The notes under the pieces: generated by a model
Told to the model about the DNA's origin: nothing
Databases searched by the model: none
Seen by the model: only the letters and a program-made list of their open reading frames with translations
Position numbers and translations under genes: made by a program
Part shown: in pieces, positions 38,314-46,778 of the stretch
Layout: every line of letters begins with the position of its first letter
Position numbering within the stretch: the stretch's first letter is position 1
Assembly (NCBI GenBank): GCA_017452665.1
Contig: JAFTLZ010000102.1
Coordinates: 1 to 52,246 of the forward strand
Direction of reading: 5' to 3'
Length of the DNA: 52,246 nucleotides
Source of the DNA: Clostridia bacterium
GTDB taxonomy: Bacteria > Bacillota > Clostridia > Oscillospirales > CAG-272

Positions 38314-38892
38314 ATGCGAAAAACTTATGCAAATTTGCTTCGTGTTAAGGTTGCCAAAGGATTGCTTCGCGGCCTCGTTTGGTTTGCGGTAATTCAAATT
38401 GTAATTCTTGCTGTATATGCTTTGGAATCTCATTCAAATGCTCCCATCAGCATAACCGATTTAAAAAGTGCCACTATTACAGTTGATCAAATCGGAAAAG
38501 ATGTCCGTTTTGTTGGTGGATCTAGAATTTATGTTGTTTCCGATTCTGTAAAGTATACTTTTTCTAAGTCAGAGACACTCGACAACGGGCAATATACCAA
38601 AGATGAGTTGCAAAAAGCGATTTCCGTTGGTGATGAGTTGTCAATACGATATAAGGAAGAGGACAGCTTTTTTACGGGCAGTGTGAATTATATTTACGAT
38701 GCTACGATGGGTGATAAACAACTGCGTTCTATTGAAACACATAATCAAGAGTTGATCAATATGCATAGTTTGGCAACTGTTTGTTTTGTGGTTGTAGAAA
38801 TTATCTTTTCTCTAACCCTTATTGTTTGTGCTTGCCTTTATATCTCTTTTAACTGGAAGGGAATGAAGCTTTTTCAAAAGCGCAAGCACTAA
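38314..38892 (+). CDS. Hypothetical membrane protein (N- and C-terminal TM helices)
   Basis: 192 aa. GGGAGGTG RBS 7 nt before the ATG at 38314. Confidence 0.75.
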   Translation: MRKTYANLLRVKVAKGLLRGLVWFAVIQIVILAVYALESHSNAPISITDLKSATITVDQIGKDVRFVGGSRIYVVSDSVKYTFSKSETLDNGQYTKDELQKAISVGDELSIRYKEEDSFFTGSVNYIYDATMGDKQLRSIETHNQELINMHSLATVCFVVVEIIFSLTLIVCACLYISFNWKGMKLFQKRKH

Positions 38893-38898
38893 CCTCTT

Positions 38899-39017
38899 CC
38901 GCCAACCACTTTTGCAGTTGGCGGGTTTTCTGTTTTGCACAAAAACGGCGCGCTGATTTTGTTGTATTTTGCATATTGACGTCATTTTACATGTATGGTA
39001 TAATAAAATTACAAATG
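38899..39017 (+). repeat. Hairpin + promoter module, copy 2
   Basis: CCGCCAAC...GTTGGCGG, TTTTCTGTTTTGCACAAAAA..., TTGACG-N17-TGGTATAAT (38976-39004). Confidence 0.9.
38976..39004 (+). promoter_or_regulatory. Cassette 3 promoter
   Basis: TTGACG, 17-nt spacer, TGG-TATAAT. Confidence 0.7.
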
Positions 39018-39086
39018 ACACCATCGGTATTTGGTGCACAGATACGGTTACAATTTTAAAACAGATAGCCAAAGGAGGGATTAAGT

Positions 39087-39734
39087 ATGAAACGTATCAA
39101 ACCGATTTTATTCTGTATAGGAATTGTTCTGTTGGTGTGCTGTATTTTATGGATAGCTCTTCGCGCATATGGATGTTCTTTAACAACATATATTACTGAT
39201 CTTGAAAAGTATGCTGGAGAAGAATATGCTTTTTGTATAGTATTTCCGAGAAAAATACCGGAAACTGCAGTTGAAAAAAACTTTTCTTATCATCAATATA
39301 TCGACGAAAGAGATATCTATCTGGAATTGGTTTTTCAAAATGTTGCAGATATGGAGCAATATCTTGCGGATTTAAAAGCGAACGGCGATGGTATTGCCTC
39401 AATAACTTTGCAAAATCCTTATGACACAGACTATACTGATTTGCTTTTTGCAGAAGGAGGTACATTGACGCAAAATGGTTCCGTTTTTTATGAGTACGAG
39501 ATTGAGCAGATAGAAAACTATTCTTTAAAGATTAGCGGAAGTTATTCTGCCATTAGTTATTCTTATGAAACTTTAACGGTGATTTCTGCTCATTTTGATG
39601 GTCAGAGATTTGTAAAGGAGTTTTCTTCGGAAAGAGTTCCTGCATATTTGAAAAGATTTTCTGTCGATCTGAATACACCTATTGAATATCGGGTTGATTT
39701 CCCCACGGAAAATTCTGATTTGACGACAGAATGA
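39087..39734 (+). CDS. Hypothetical membrane-anchored protein
   Basis: 215 aa with an N-terminal TM anchor. AAAGGAGG RBS. Confidence 0.8.
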   Translation: MKRIKPILFCIGIVLLVCCILWIALRAYGCSLTTYITDLEKYAGEEYAFCIVFPRKIPETAVEKNFSYHQYIDERDIYLELVFQNVADMEQYLADLKANGDGIASITLQNPYDTDYTDLLFAEGGTLTQNGSVFYEYEIEQIENYSLKISGSYSAISYSYETLTVISAHFDGQRFVKEFSSERVPAYLKRFSVDLNTPIEYRVDFPTENSDLTTE

Positions 39735-39798
39735 ATAAGCGAATCGGTTAATATGATCGCAGTTGAGCAGGGTACAGCATATATATGGAGGCAATAAA

Positions 39799-40221
39799 AT
39801 GAAATACAAAAAGAGTATTCTGGTTCTCTATCTCATTTCCGCTTTGAAGCTGATTATGACATTTATCTATTTTTTCGGTTTCACATCTGATTTTTATTAT
39901 TTAACAATTATCTCTATTCCCATGTGTATAGCGAATATGTTTAACGAAAAAATAGCATTGCTTTGTGTCGTAATTTTAGCGGTTACTTTGTTGATATGGC
40001 TTGTTGCGGTTGTACTTTCGATATTTGGAATTAAATTTCAAAGGGCTCGAATCGGTTCTGTATTTATGTTTGCTTTGGCTACAGTAATTGATTTTGGATC
40101 TGTATTTTTATCTGATAATTGGGTTCTAAAAATCGTTTGTAGCATAATATCAGCATTTGTACTGCTGATATCAATCAAAGCACTTTGCGATATTAACAAA
40201 AATTGTAGATATCCAAAATAA
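39799..40221 (+). CDS. Hypothetical polytopic membrane protein
   Basis: 140 aa with about 4 TM helices. GGAGG RBS 7 nt before the ATG at 39799. Confidence 0.75.
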   Translation: MKYKKSILVLYLISALKLIMTFIYFFGFTSDFYYLTIISIPMCIANMFNEKIALLCVVILAVTLLIWLVAVVLSIFGIKFQRARIGSVFMFALATVIDFGSVFLSDNWVLKIVCSIISAFVLLISIKALCDINKNCRYPK

Positions 40222-40256
40222 TCCTTTATAATAGTCAGATTTTAGAGGCTTTATCC

Positions 40257-40370
40257 CCCGCCAACCGCGAAAACGGTTGGCGGGCTTTCTGTTTTGCACA
40301 AAAGAGCCATATATATTTTGTCTTATTTTATATATTGACACTCTTTCTGTTGTATGATATAATAAAACAT
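40257..40370 (+). repeat. Hairpin + promoter module, copy 3 (diverged)
   Basis: CCCGCCAACCG-N6-CGGTTGGCGGG, CTTTCTGTTTTGCACAAAA..., TTGACA-N17-TGATATAAT (40335-40363). Confidence 0.85.
40335..40363 (+). promoter_or_regulatory. Cassette 4 promoter
   Basis: TTGACA (40335-40340), 17-nt spacer, TGA-TATAAT (40358-40363). Confidence 0.7.
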
Positions 40371-40422
40371 ATAGGAGCCCCGTTCTTGCCATTCGATTTT
40401 ATGATAAGCGGCAAAAGGAGTG

Positions 40423-40827
40423 ATGACTTTGTTTGAATTTAACCGATCTCAAATCGAAGGTTTAAAGCGTTATATTTATCATAGCGATATTCACGATTCG
40501 AAAATTGATGCTTGGAATTATGATAGAGAGAAAAGAATTCTTAATATCAAAACGGTTAATCCGATTTTTGGTACTCAAATGAACCTAACTTTTAAGGAAG
40601 TTATCATTTTTCTCTCCATTAGCGGCAATGAAATCGGAGCCCGCGAAACAATCCTCAGTTTAACAGTTGAAGAAGATTATTCGTATTTCCAAAATTGCAC
40701 ACAAGTATGCGGCGAATGTTTCGGTGATTCTTTGTATCTTCTTTTTCAAATGTTTTCCGGAGACGAATTGCATATTGTTTCTAAAAGCGTAGTTATCTTT
40801 ACGACACAACTTATTCCACGCGCGTGA
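40423..40827 (+). CDS. Hypothetical small soluble protein
   Basis: About 134 aa. AAAGGAG RBS. The start is ambiguous (GTG 40420, ATG 40423 or TTG 40429). Confidence 0.7.
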   Translation: MTLFEFNRSQIEGLKRYIYHSDIHDSKIDAWNYDREKRILNIKTVNPIFGTQMNLTFKEVIIFLSISGNEIGARETILSLTVEEDYSYFQNCTQVCGECFGDSLYLLFQMFSGDELHIVSKSVVIFTTQLIPRA

Positions 40828-41507
40828 TGGAAGAAAAACACCAAAATTGTTCCGGTACGTTTTTCAACGAAGCGATTTGGGATATCAATGACTATTTATC
40901 AAAAAGCACTGTCATGTTGGGGGATAATATCAAAATGCTGAATCAATTTTTTACACGAATCGAGCGCAAAATGCTCCTCTCAAGGCTAAAAGCATTGCTG
41001 GCATGGCTGTTTCTCATCGGTGCTTATGTTTTCTTTTTTCTGTACGATTGGCGAAGGGGAATTTTTTTCCTGTTCCTTCTTCCAATGCTTGTGGCAATTT
41101 ATAGGACTGATAATTGGTATTTTCCGGCGGAAGATTATTTTCGGAAGTATGCATTCAAGCATTCCAAAGAAGAACGGTGGAATTTATCCGAAAAATGTTC
41201 ATTGAAAGGGAGATATCTATATATCGGGCAAGCGATTTTTTTGGAGGATTTTGTTTTGTTAGAGGAATTCGGCGTTGTTTTGTATTATAGCGAAATCCGC
41301 GAAATCACCTACAAAACCATGAAAACCAGATTAAACGATACCCGATATCGGTTGATCTTCCGTTTAAAAAAAGCACCTCGAAAATACGCTTGTGATATCT
41401 ATAACAGTGAAAAACTTTTTGTAGGTCGTGATTGTAAATATCGACAAGCATGCGAATTGTTGAGGCAAAAAAATAAAAATCAAACTCCTAATGAAAGGCA
41501 AATATGA
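40827..41507 (+). CDS. Hypothetical protein, TM hairpin plus soluble domain
   Basis: 226 aa. The start overlaps the upstream stop (GTGATG). Confidence 0.75.
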   Translation: MEEKHQNCSGTFFNEAIWDINDYLSKSTVMLGDNIKMLNQFFTRIERKMLLSRLKALLAWLFLIGAYVFFFLYDWRRGIFFLFLLPMLVAIYRTDNWYFPAEDYFRKYAFKHSKEERWNLSEKCSLKGRYLYIGQAIFLEDFVLLEEFGVVLYYSEIREITYKTMKTRLNDTRYRLIFRLKKAPRKYACDIYNSEKLFVGRDCKYRQACELLRQKNKNQTPNERQI

Positions 41508-41878
41508 TGGATTTATTAGTTTGTTTGAACGAGCATGTCATTACAACTGTTGGCCGGTCGGATGAGGATAAATGTGTGATTATAGAAGCCATCGTTGACA
41601 ATCCGGAAGAGCTTGTAGAGCAGGTCATAAAAAATGATTGTTATATTTCTCAAATTATTTGGTGGGATAGAGCGTTGCGCTCAAAAGGATCATCTATAGG
41701 TATGGGAGGCCCTCTTGATCCGCGAGATCCTGACAATTATTATTTTGCAGAATTGTATATTTGTGATACATTTGGCCCGGAAACAACGGCTGATGAATAT
41801 GTTGAATATCTGAATAGGATAAAAAAGAAATATCCTATGTGTGATTTGTATCCGGATTTTAATATTTATAGAAAATAA
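41504..41878 (+). CDS. Hypothetical small acidic soluble protein
   Basis: 124 aa. The start overlaps the upstream stop (ATGATG). Confidence 0.75.
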   Translation: MMDLLVCLNEHVITTVGRSDEDKCVIIEAIVDNPEELVEQVIKNDCYISQIIWWDRALRSKGSSIGMGGPLDPRDPDNYYFAELYICDTFGPETTADEYVEYLNRIKKKYPMCDLYPDFNIYRK

Positions 41879-41934
41879 TCATGCGATTTGCCCAAGGCAA
41901 AAAATCCTCCCCAAAATGCTGAAAGGAGCGAAAG

Positions 41935-42402
41935 ATGAGCAACATGATCCATGGAACCGTTTATTACACGACAAGGCCCCCGCTTGGTGATTTTGATAGT
42001 GATTGGACACGATACTGTCTGGATAACGAATTTGCAATTCATTTTTTAAGCTTACATCATAATATATCAACGGGTAAGGGGACTATTGTATTCGAGTTGG
42101 CCGATTCCTTTGTGGCACACTGTTGTGAGAATTTTATGGATATTGTCCTCTATACGGTTGATGGACACCCCATATTAGATCCAATCCATAAAGATTTGGG
42201 CAAATTAAAGGGCTTGGTTCAAAAAATATTCGATTTCAAATCTGTGGAAATGGTTGAATTGAGGTTTTCGTTTGGCGAAGTCATAGAGGAAGACTATGAA
42301 ATTTGTAAGACGAATCTTGATGGAATGACGAACGTTATTTTATCAAAATACTTGGAGGAAGCCACACAAGTTCCTACCATAAAAGTAATGATCGAAAAAT
42401 AA
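41935..42402 (+). CDS. Hypothetical soluble protein
   Basis: 155 aa, GAAAGGAG RBS. Confidence 0.75.
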   Translation: MSNMIHGTVYYTTRPPLGDFDSDWTRYCLDNEFAIHFLSLHHNISTGKGTIVFELADSFVAHCCENFMDIVLYTVDGHPILDPIHKDLGKLKGLVQKIFDFKSVEMVELRFSFGEVIEEDYEICKTNLDGMTNVILSKYLEEATQVPTIKVMIEK

Positions 42403-42426
42403 AGAACCGCTTGGAGGTGTGACCAC

Positions 42427-42906
42427 TTGGATATCTGGCTCATAGAAAAATGGCAAGATTATTATAAAGATCATCCTTGCCGAAGCGGCTTGCGAGTATA
42501 TTATGATAAAAATGTGGATCCTGAAGTAAAGCGCGCCATTAAGGAGTGCGTTGCATGGCTTCGTCGCGAATATGTTTTTCCTAAAAGAGTACGAATGTAT
42601 GTAAAATCCAATCGACGCATCAAAGCAAAAAACGGCGATATGGTGTGCGGTACTTTTTTCAGACCCACTGATAGAGATGTGGAACCGTATATTCGAATTG
42701 CCACAGGAGACTATTTGGAACTTTTCGAACAAAGGGGAAAGGACAATGCTTTAGCAGCTATCTTGCAAGCAATGATGCATGAACTCTCCCATTATTTTCA
42801 GTGGTTGAACGATTTGGATTTAACCTTCATCGGTGAAGAACGTCAGGCAACAAACTATTCGCGTCGGTTGATGAGTCTCTATGCAGAAACCAGAGATCAT
42901 CCGTAA
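42427..42906 (+). CDS. Hypothetical protein with HExxH motif
   Basis: 159 aa. TTG start 7 nt after GGAGGTG. MMHELSHYFQW is a possible zincin-like metal site. Confidence 0.7.
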   Translation: MDIWLIEKWQDYYKDHPCRSGLRVYYDKNVDPEVKRAIKECVAWLRREYVFPKRVRMYVKSNRRIKAKNGDMVCGTFFRPTDRDVEPYIRIATGDYLELFEQRGKDNALAAILQAMMHELSHYFQWLNDLDLTFIGEERQATNYSRRLMSLYAETRDHP

Positions 42907-42968
42907 ATTTTTGCTTTCACTATTGCAGGTATATCCATTTGTTTTCATTTTTTGAGGAGGAGTCATTC

Positions 42969-43208
42969 ATGGATAAAATTAAATTTTACAAAATACTAAA
43001 AGAAAACGGCATAGATACGAACAAAGTTTGTTTTGATGATGCTTTTGAAGATGATGTTTTTTGTGTTTACTCCTACCATGGTTTTTGGGATGTTTTTTAT
43101 CGAGAACGCGGAAAAACTTATAATCTAAAAACTTTTTCAAGTGAGTCTGCGGCACTACTCGATTTATTAAAACGATTGTTACCGACCATTCCCCCAAACT
43201 CCCCCTAA
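42969..43208 (+). CDS. Hypothetical small protein (79 aa)
   Basis: GAGGAGGAG RBS 6 nt before the ATG at 42969. Confidence 0.7.
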   Translation: MDKIKFYKILKENGIDTNKVCFDDAFEDDVFCVYSYHGFWDVFYRERGKTYNLKTFSSESAALLDLLKRLLPTIPPNSP

Positions 43209-43244
43209 TAAAACTGTCCGTACTTTAATGATTGGAGAATCGCA

Positions 43245-43538
43245 ATGTATATAAATGTTCTATATGAAGGTGATTATTGTGATTGTGATATTATATTTGT
43301 TCCTGATTCTATTGGAGATAAGATTGAACAATATGCGCAACAATTTTGTGATTGGCTAAATACTCCTTACGTTTCGAATGATTATTATGTGACCATAAAT
43401 GGCAAGGAATACCTGAGTTTAGAAACCGACGGATTTGTTCGTTGGCTCAATCATTATATTTGCAAAGATCAATGCTTGGCGCATATAGTAAAACAGCACA
43501 CAAATTTAGTTCCTTCGTACAAGGTGATAGAATTTTAA
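43245..43538 (+). CDS. Hypothetical small protein (97 aa)
   Basis: GGAG RBS. Cys- and Tyr-rich soluble protein. Confidence 0.7.
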   Translation: MYINVLYEGDYCDCDIIFVPDSIGDKIEQYAQQFCDWLNTPYVSNDYYVTINGKEYLSLETDGFVRWLNHYICKDQCLAHIVKQHTNLVPSYKVIEF

Positions 43539-43581
43539 GGGTTGTTTTCTTTCTATCCTAATCCGAAAAGGAGTAACCATT

Positions 43582-44310
43582 ATGAAAACTATTCAAAGAT
43601 GTGTTTGTGTATTGATAATTCTATCCGCGATGTTTCTTTCGTCTTCTTGCAAAAATTATTATTCGGGCGATGAGTATCATATGCTTGGTTCATACATTCC
43701 GGGATTTCCAACAACAGATGTGAGAGATTCAATACATGAAGTCCTTGAAACTGACGAATACGGAAGAGTGTTATTTTCTTTCTCCTTCAGTTATAACTGT
43801 CTGTACGGTAAAGAAATGTTGGCATATGCTGTTTTGCAGGATTTAGATGGTGATTTCATTTATTTTTATGAAGATGTGTTTTATACCGTTTCTAAAACTC
43901 CCGATCTTGAATTGTTGAAACAAATAAATGATTGGGGTGAAGAATTAAATCAATCACAGCTTGCAAAACGTCCGATTCGCGGTTATTTTCACTATAATAT
44001 CAAAAAAACATTGCTTGAATTTGATCGCCGATCCGATCGGAAAAGAATTGTTCAAGAAATAGAGCAAGCGCTTCCTTCCAAAGGCGTTCACTTAACTGAC
44101 ATATGCCAGATCTGTGATTATGATTTATCCGAGTTGCAACTGGAGCTATGCGGGATTGAAGAGGAAGATGGGGAAATCGTATATTATTTCATTCTTATAA
44201 ATTCAAGCGGCGTTGTAGATTTTATGAGAATCGAAGATATTTATGATTATCAAGAAGATCTGATTGCCTTCAAGACGAAAAACGGTTGGAATTATCCTAC
44301 CGGAAACTGA
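43582..44310 (+). CDS. Hypothetical lipoprotein
   Basis: Signal peptide with lipobox (MFLSSSC), 242 aa, AAAGGAG RBS. Confidence 0.8.
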   Translation: MKTIQRCVCVLIILSAMFLSSSCKNYYSGDEYHMLGSYIPGFPTTDVRDSIHEVLETDEYGRVLFSFSFSYNCLYGKEMLAYAVLQDLDGDFIYFYEDVFYTVSKTPDLELLKQINDWGEELNQSQLAKRPIRGYFHYNIKKTLLEFDRRSDRKRIVQEIEQALPSKGVHLTDICQICDYDLSELQLELCGIEEEDGEIVYYFILINSSGVVDFMRIEDIYDYQEDLIAFKTKNGWNYPTGN

Positions 44311-44342
44311 AAAATTGTATAGGAGGTTATGCAATAAACAGT

Positions 44343-44759
44343 ATGAGTTTTGTTGAATATATTTTGGTATATACTCTCTGGCTTCTCCTGATGGTGTTTA
44401 TTACACGTGGCATCATTTTCTATGTAATTAGCTATCAACTGAGTAGAAAAGCATATGTCAAACGAAAGCGAAAACAGTCTTTTCTTCAATGGTTGACGTA
44501 TGCTCTTTTTAAAGAACAAATTCCTAAGTTTTTGATTTTTTGGTATTTTGGTCATTTTGCGTTTTATATTGTTGAAATCTTGCTTCTTAGTATTTTAACA
44601 TTTTTTAAAATGCCATATGATGCTGCAAAAATCTTGTTGGGAATCAATTTCTATGTATACGGTGGCGCCCCGTGTTTGATACTGGGTTTTATTCTTTTTG
44701 ATTTTAAAGATCGGGGAAAGGTTCATGTGGAAAGGCTGATTAAAAAGAAGAAAAAATGA
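44343..44759 (+). CDS. Hypothetical polytopic membrane protein
   Basis: 138 aa with about 4 TM helices and a KKKKK tail. The start is uncertain (TTG 44286 or ATG 44343). Confidence 0.7.
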   Translation: MSFVEYILVYTLWLLLMVFITRGIIFYVISYQLSRKAYVKRKRKQSFLQWLTYALFKEQIPKFLIFWYFGHFAFYIVEILLLSILTFFKMPYDAAKILLGINFYVYGGAPCLILGFILFDFKDRGKVHVERLIKKKKK

Positions 44760-44775
44760 TTATAAATCAATTTTC

Positions 44776-44812
44776 CCCGCCAACTGCGAAAGTGGTTGGC
44801 GGGTTTCTAATT
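44776..44812 (+). terminator. Terminal island hairpin (loop inverted relative to copy 1)
   Basis: CCCGCCAAC (44776-44784), TGCGAAAGTG, GTTGGCGGG (44795-44803), followed by TTTCTAATTTT. The loop is the exact reverse complement of the copy 1 loop CACTTTCGCA. Confidence 0.75.
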
Positions 44813-44842
44813 TTCAGTCAAAATTTTGCACAAACCGCATTT

Positions 44843-45661
44843 TTATGCGTCGGCGCTGTTCCGTGCTGTCAAATGACGGTACTCCGACGGAGTCATACCG
44901 GTAAATTCACGAAACGTCTCCCGAAAATAAGACGCTGAATGAAATCCGCAGCGGTCGGCAATCCCATCCATCGGCAGATCTGTGTCCCGCAATAACGCAG
45001 CCGCATTTTCCACCCGCAGCTCGTTGCGGTAGTGAATCGGCGTCGTGTCAAGCTCACGCTTAAAGATGTGATACAAACGGGATTCGCTGATACAGCAATG
45101 CGCCGCCAGCGCGGAGATGTCAAAATCCGTGTGGCAGTTTTGCTCAATGTAATCCAGCGCCGCGCGCAAAGAAGCATGCTGACGCAAGGGCGGCTCCTGT
45201 TGCAAATAAGGAAGCACATCCGCATAAAACTCGTAGTACAACCCAATGGCGCGAATTTTGTTCGTCCGCTCTCCGGTGGCAAACAGCTCGTAAATCTGCT
45301 CAAATCGTTTCTGCGTTTCCGGCGTGGACATTTGCGCAAGATGCGCCATGGCGTAGTTTGGCGTGTCGGCAGGATCGGGACGCTTGGAAACGATCTCCAA
45401 CGCGTAAAACTCAATTTCAGGCGCGCCGTGCCATACCGAGTGGTAACGAATCCCTTCGGGAATATAAAACAGACTTCCCGTACCCATTGCAATTCGTTTG
45501 CCCGCCGTGTGCAGCGTTACCTCCCCCTTGATCACAAATCCAAAGCTGGAGTAAACTCTGCCCGCGCCCGCATCGTAGTAGTGCGCGTTCGTCGCGTATG
45601 AATGTGTCGCACGAAGCTCGCTCATACAAAGTTTTTTGCTATATCCCACACTGTTTCCCAT
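44843..45661 (-). CDS. AraC family transcriptional regulator (cupin sensor + HTH)
   Basis: N-terminal cupin-like region. C-terminal AraC HTH signature (GFHSASYFRETFREFTGMTPSEYR). Confidence 0.85.
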   Translation of the reverse strand: MGNSVGYSKKLCMSELRATHSYATNAHYYDAGAGRVYSSFGFVIKGEVTLHTAGKRIAMGTGSLFYIPEGIRYHSVWHGAPEIEFYALEIVSKRPDPADTPNYAMAHLAQMSTPETQKRFEQIYELFATGERTNKIRAIGLYYEFYADVLPYLQQEPPLRQHASLRAALDYIEQNCHTDFDISALAAHCCISESRLYHIFKRELDTTPIHYRNELRVENAAALLRDTDLPMDGIADRCGFHSASYFRETFREFTGMTPSEYRHLTARNSADA

Positions 45662-45781
45662 AAAAAACCTCCAAAAACGGCAGAATTGTTGTGCTTAACG
45701 ACAGTATACCATATTTACAACCGTTTGTCAATGTGATATAATGATATCGTAAAAAACAAATCCGAAAGCGAGGAACCCGAT

Positions 45782-46765
45782 ATGAAAGCCATTTTGGTAC
45801 AACAAGATAAATCCCTTACCTGGAGTGATGTCCCCGATCCCACCGTGGGCGCGGAGGACGTGCTGGTTGAAATTCACTGTGCCGCATTGAACCGTGCCGA
45901 CCTGATGCAGCGAGACGGCGATTATCCGCCTCCCGCAGGCTGTCCCGAATGGATGGGTCTGGAGATCGCAGGCGTGATCGTGGAAATGGGCGCCGTTGCC
46001 GCCGAAAAATCCAACTTCAAGCTCGGAGACAAGGTCTGCGCCCTGCTTGGCGGCGGAGGCTATGCCGAGTACGTCACGGTCAAATACGATATGCTGATGC
46101 CGGTTCCCAAGGGACGCTCATTGGTCGAGGCATCCGCCATGCCGGAGGCATACGCCACAGCTTACCTTAATCTTTTTATCGAGGGAAAAGCCAAGCCCGG
46201 CGACACACTCCTGATGCACGCAGGGGCAAGCGGCCTGGCGTCGGTGGTCATCCCCATGGCAAAGGCGTTCGGTCTGCGGGTGATTACCACAGTCCTATCG
46301 GACGAGATCGCCGAAAAAATCAAGCCCCTTGGCGCCGATCTCATCGTCAATACAAGCAAGGAGAACATTGCCCGGGTGCTCAAAGCCCAGCTGGAGGCAG
46401 GTACACCCGTGGACGTCGCCATCGATTGCCTTGGCGGCAGTTTTATGGGCGGATGCTTGCCGTATCTTGCCCACGGTGCCCGCTGGATCATGATCGCCGC
46501 TCTTGCAGGACAGATCACCGAAATTGACCTAAAGAACATCTATGTGCGCAACGTACGCATCATCGGCAGTACTTTGCGCTCCCGTACCCCCGCGTTCAAG
46601 GCGGAGCTACTCGCAAAGCTGGTTTCCGACGTGTGGCCAAAGGTGGAGGCAGGGATGATCAAGCCCTCCATTTATAAGGTCCTGCCCATTCAGCAGGCAG
46701 AGGAGGCACACGCCATTCTTCAACGCGGCGAAAACGTGGGCAAGGTCGTTCTGACCGTCAAATAA
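45782..46765 (+). CDS. NAD(P)H:quinone oxidoreductase (medium-chain dehydrogenase/reductase family)
   Basis: 327 aa with MDR fold features (GGGGYAEY, HAGASGLAS nucleotide-binding region). Confidence 0.8.
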   Translation: MKAILVQQDKSLTWSDVPDPTVGAEDVLVEIHCAALNRADLMQRDGDYPPPAGCPEWMGLEIAGVIVEMGAVAAEKSNFKLGDKVCALLGGGGYAEYVTVKYDMLMPVPKGRSLVEASAMPEAYATAYLNLFIEGKAKPGDTLLMHAGASGLASVVIPMAKAFGLRVITTVLSDEIAEKIKPLGADLIVNTSKENIARVLKAQLEAGTPVDVAIDCLGGSFMGGCLPYLAHGARWIMIAALAGQITEIDLKNIYVRNVRIIGSTLRSRTPAFKAELLAKLVSDVWPKVEAGMIKPSIYKVLPIQQAEEAHAILQRGENVGKVVLTVK

Positions 46766-46778
46766 AAGCAAAAGGGGA

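Larger units (their letters stand above)
36213..44830 (+). other. AT-rich accessory island: array of four hairpin-bounded, promoter-headed gene cassettes
   Basis: All 15 ORFs are on the + strand. Hand counts of sample 60-nt lines give about 27-30% G+C for two island lines (a third gave 50%) versus about 63% for one asd line. The repeated hairpin occurs at 36217, 37854, 38123, 38899, 40257 and 44776. Consensus promoters occur at 36295, 38227, 38976 and 40335. Confidence 0.8.

Noticed and set aside
36217-44803. CRISPR array, because one palindromic sequence recurs.
   Set aside because: The copies are 0.3-4.5 kb apart, they are separated by protein-coding genes, there is no regular repeat-spacer periodicity, and no cas genes are present.
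36213-44830. Classical integron cassette array with attC sites.
   Set aside because: No intI-type integrase or attI is present in the window. The hairpin core (GTTGGCG) does not fit the GTTRRRY core site, and integron cassettes are normally promoterless. The integron is kept only as an analogy.
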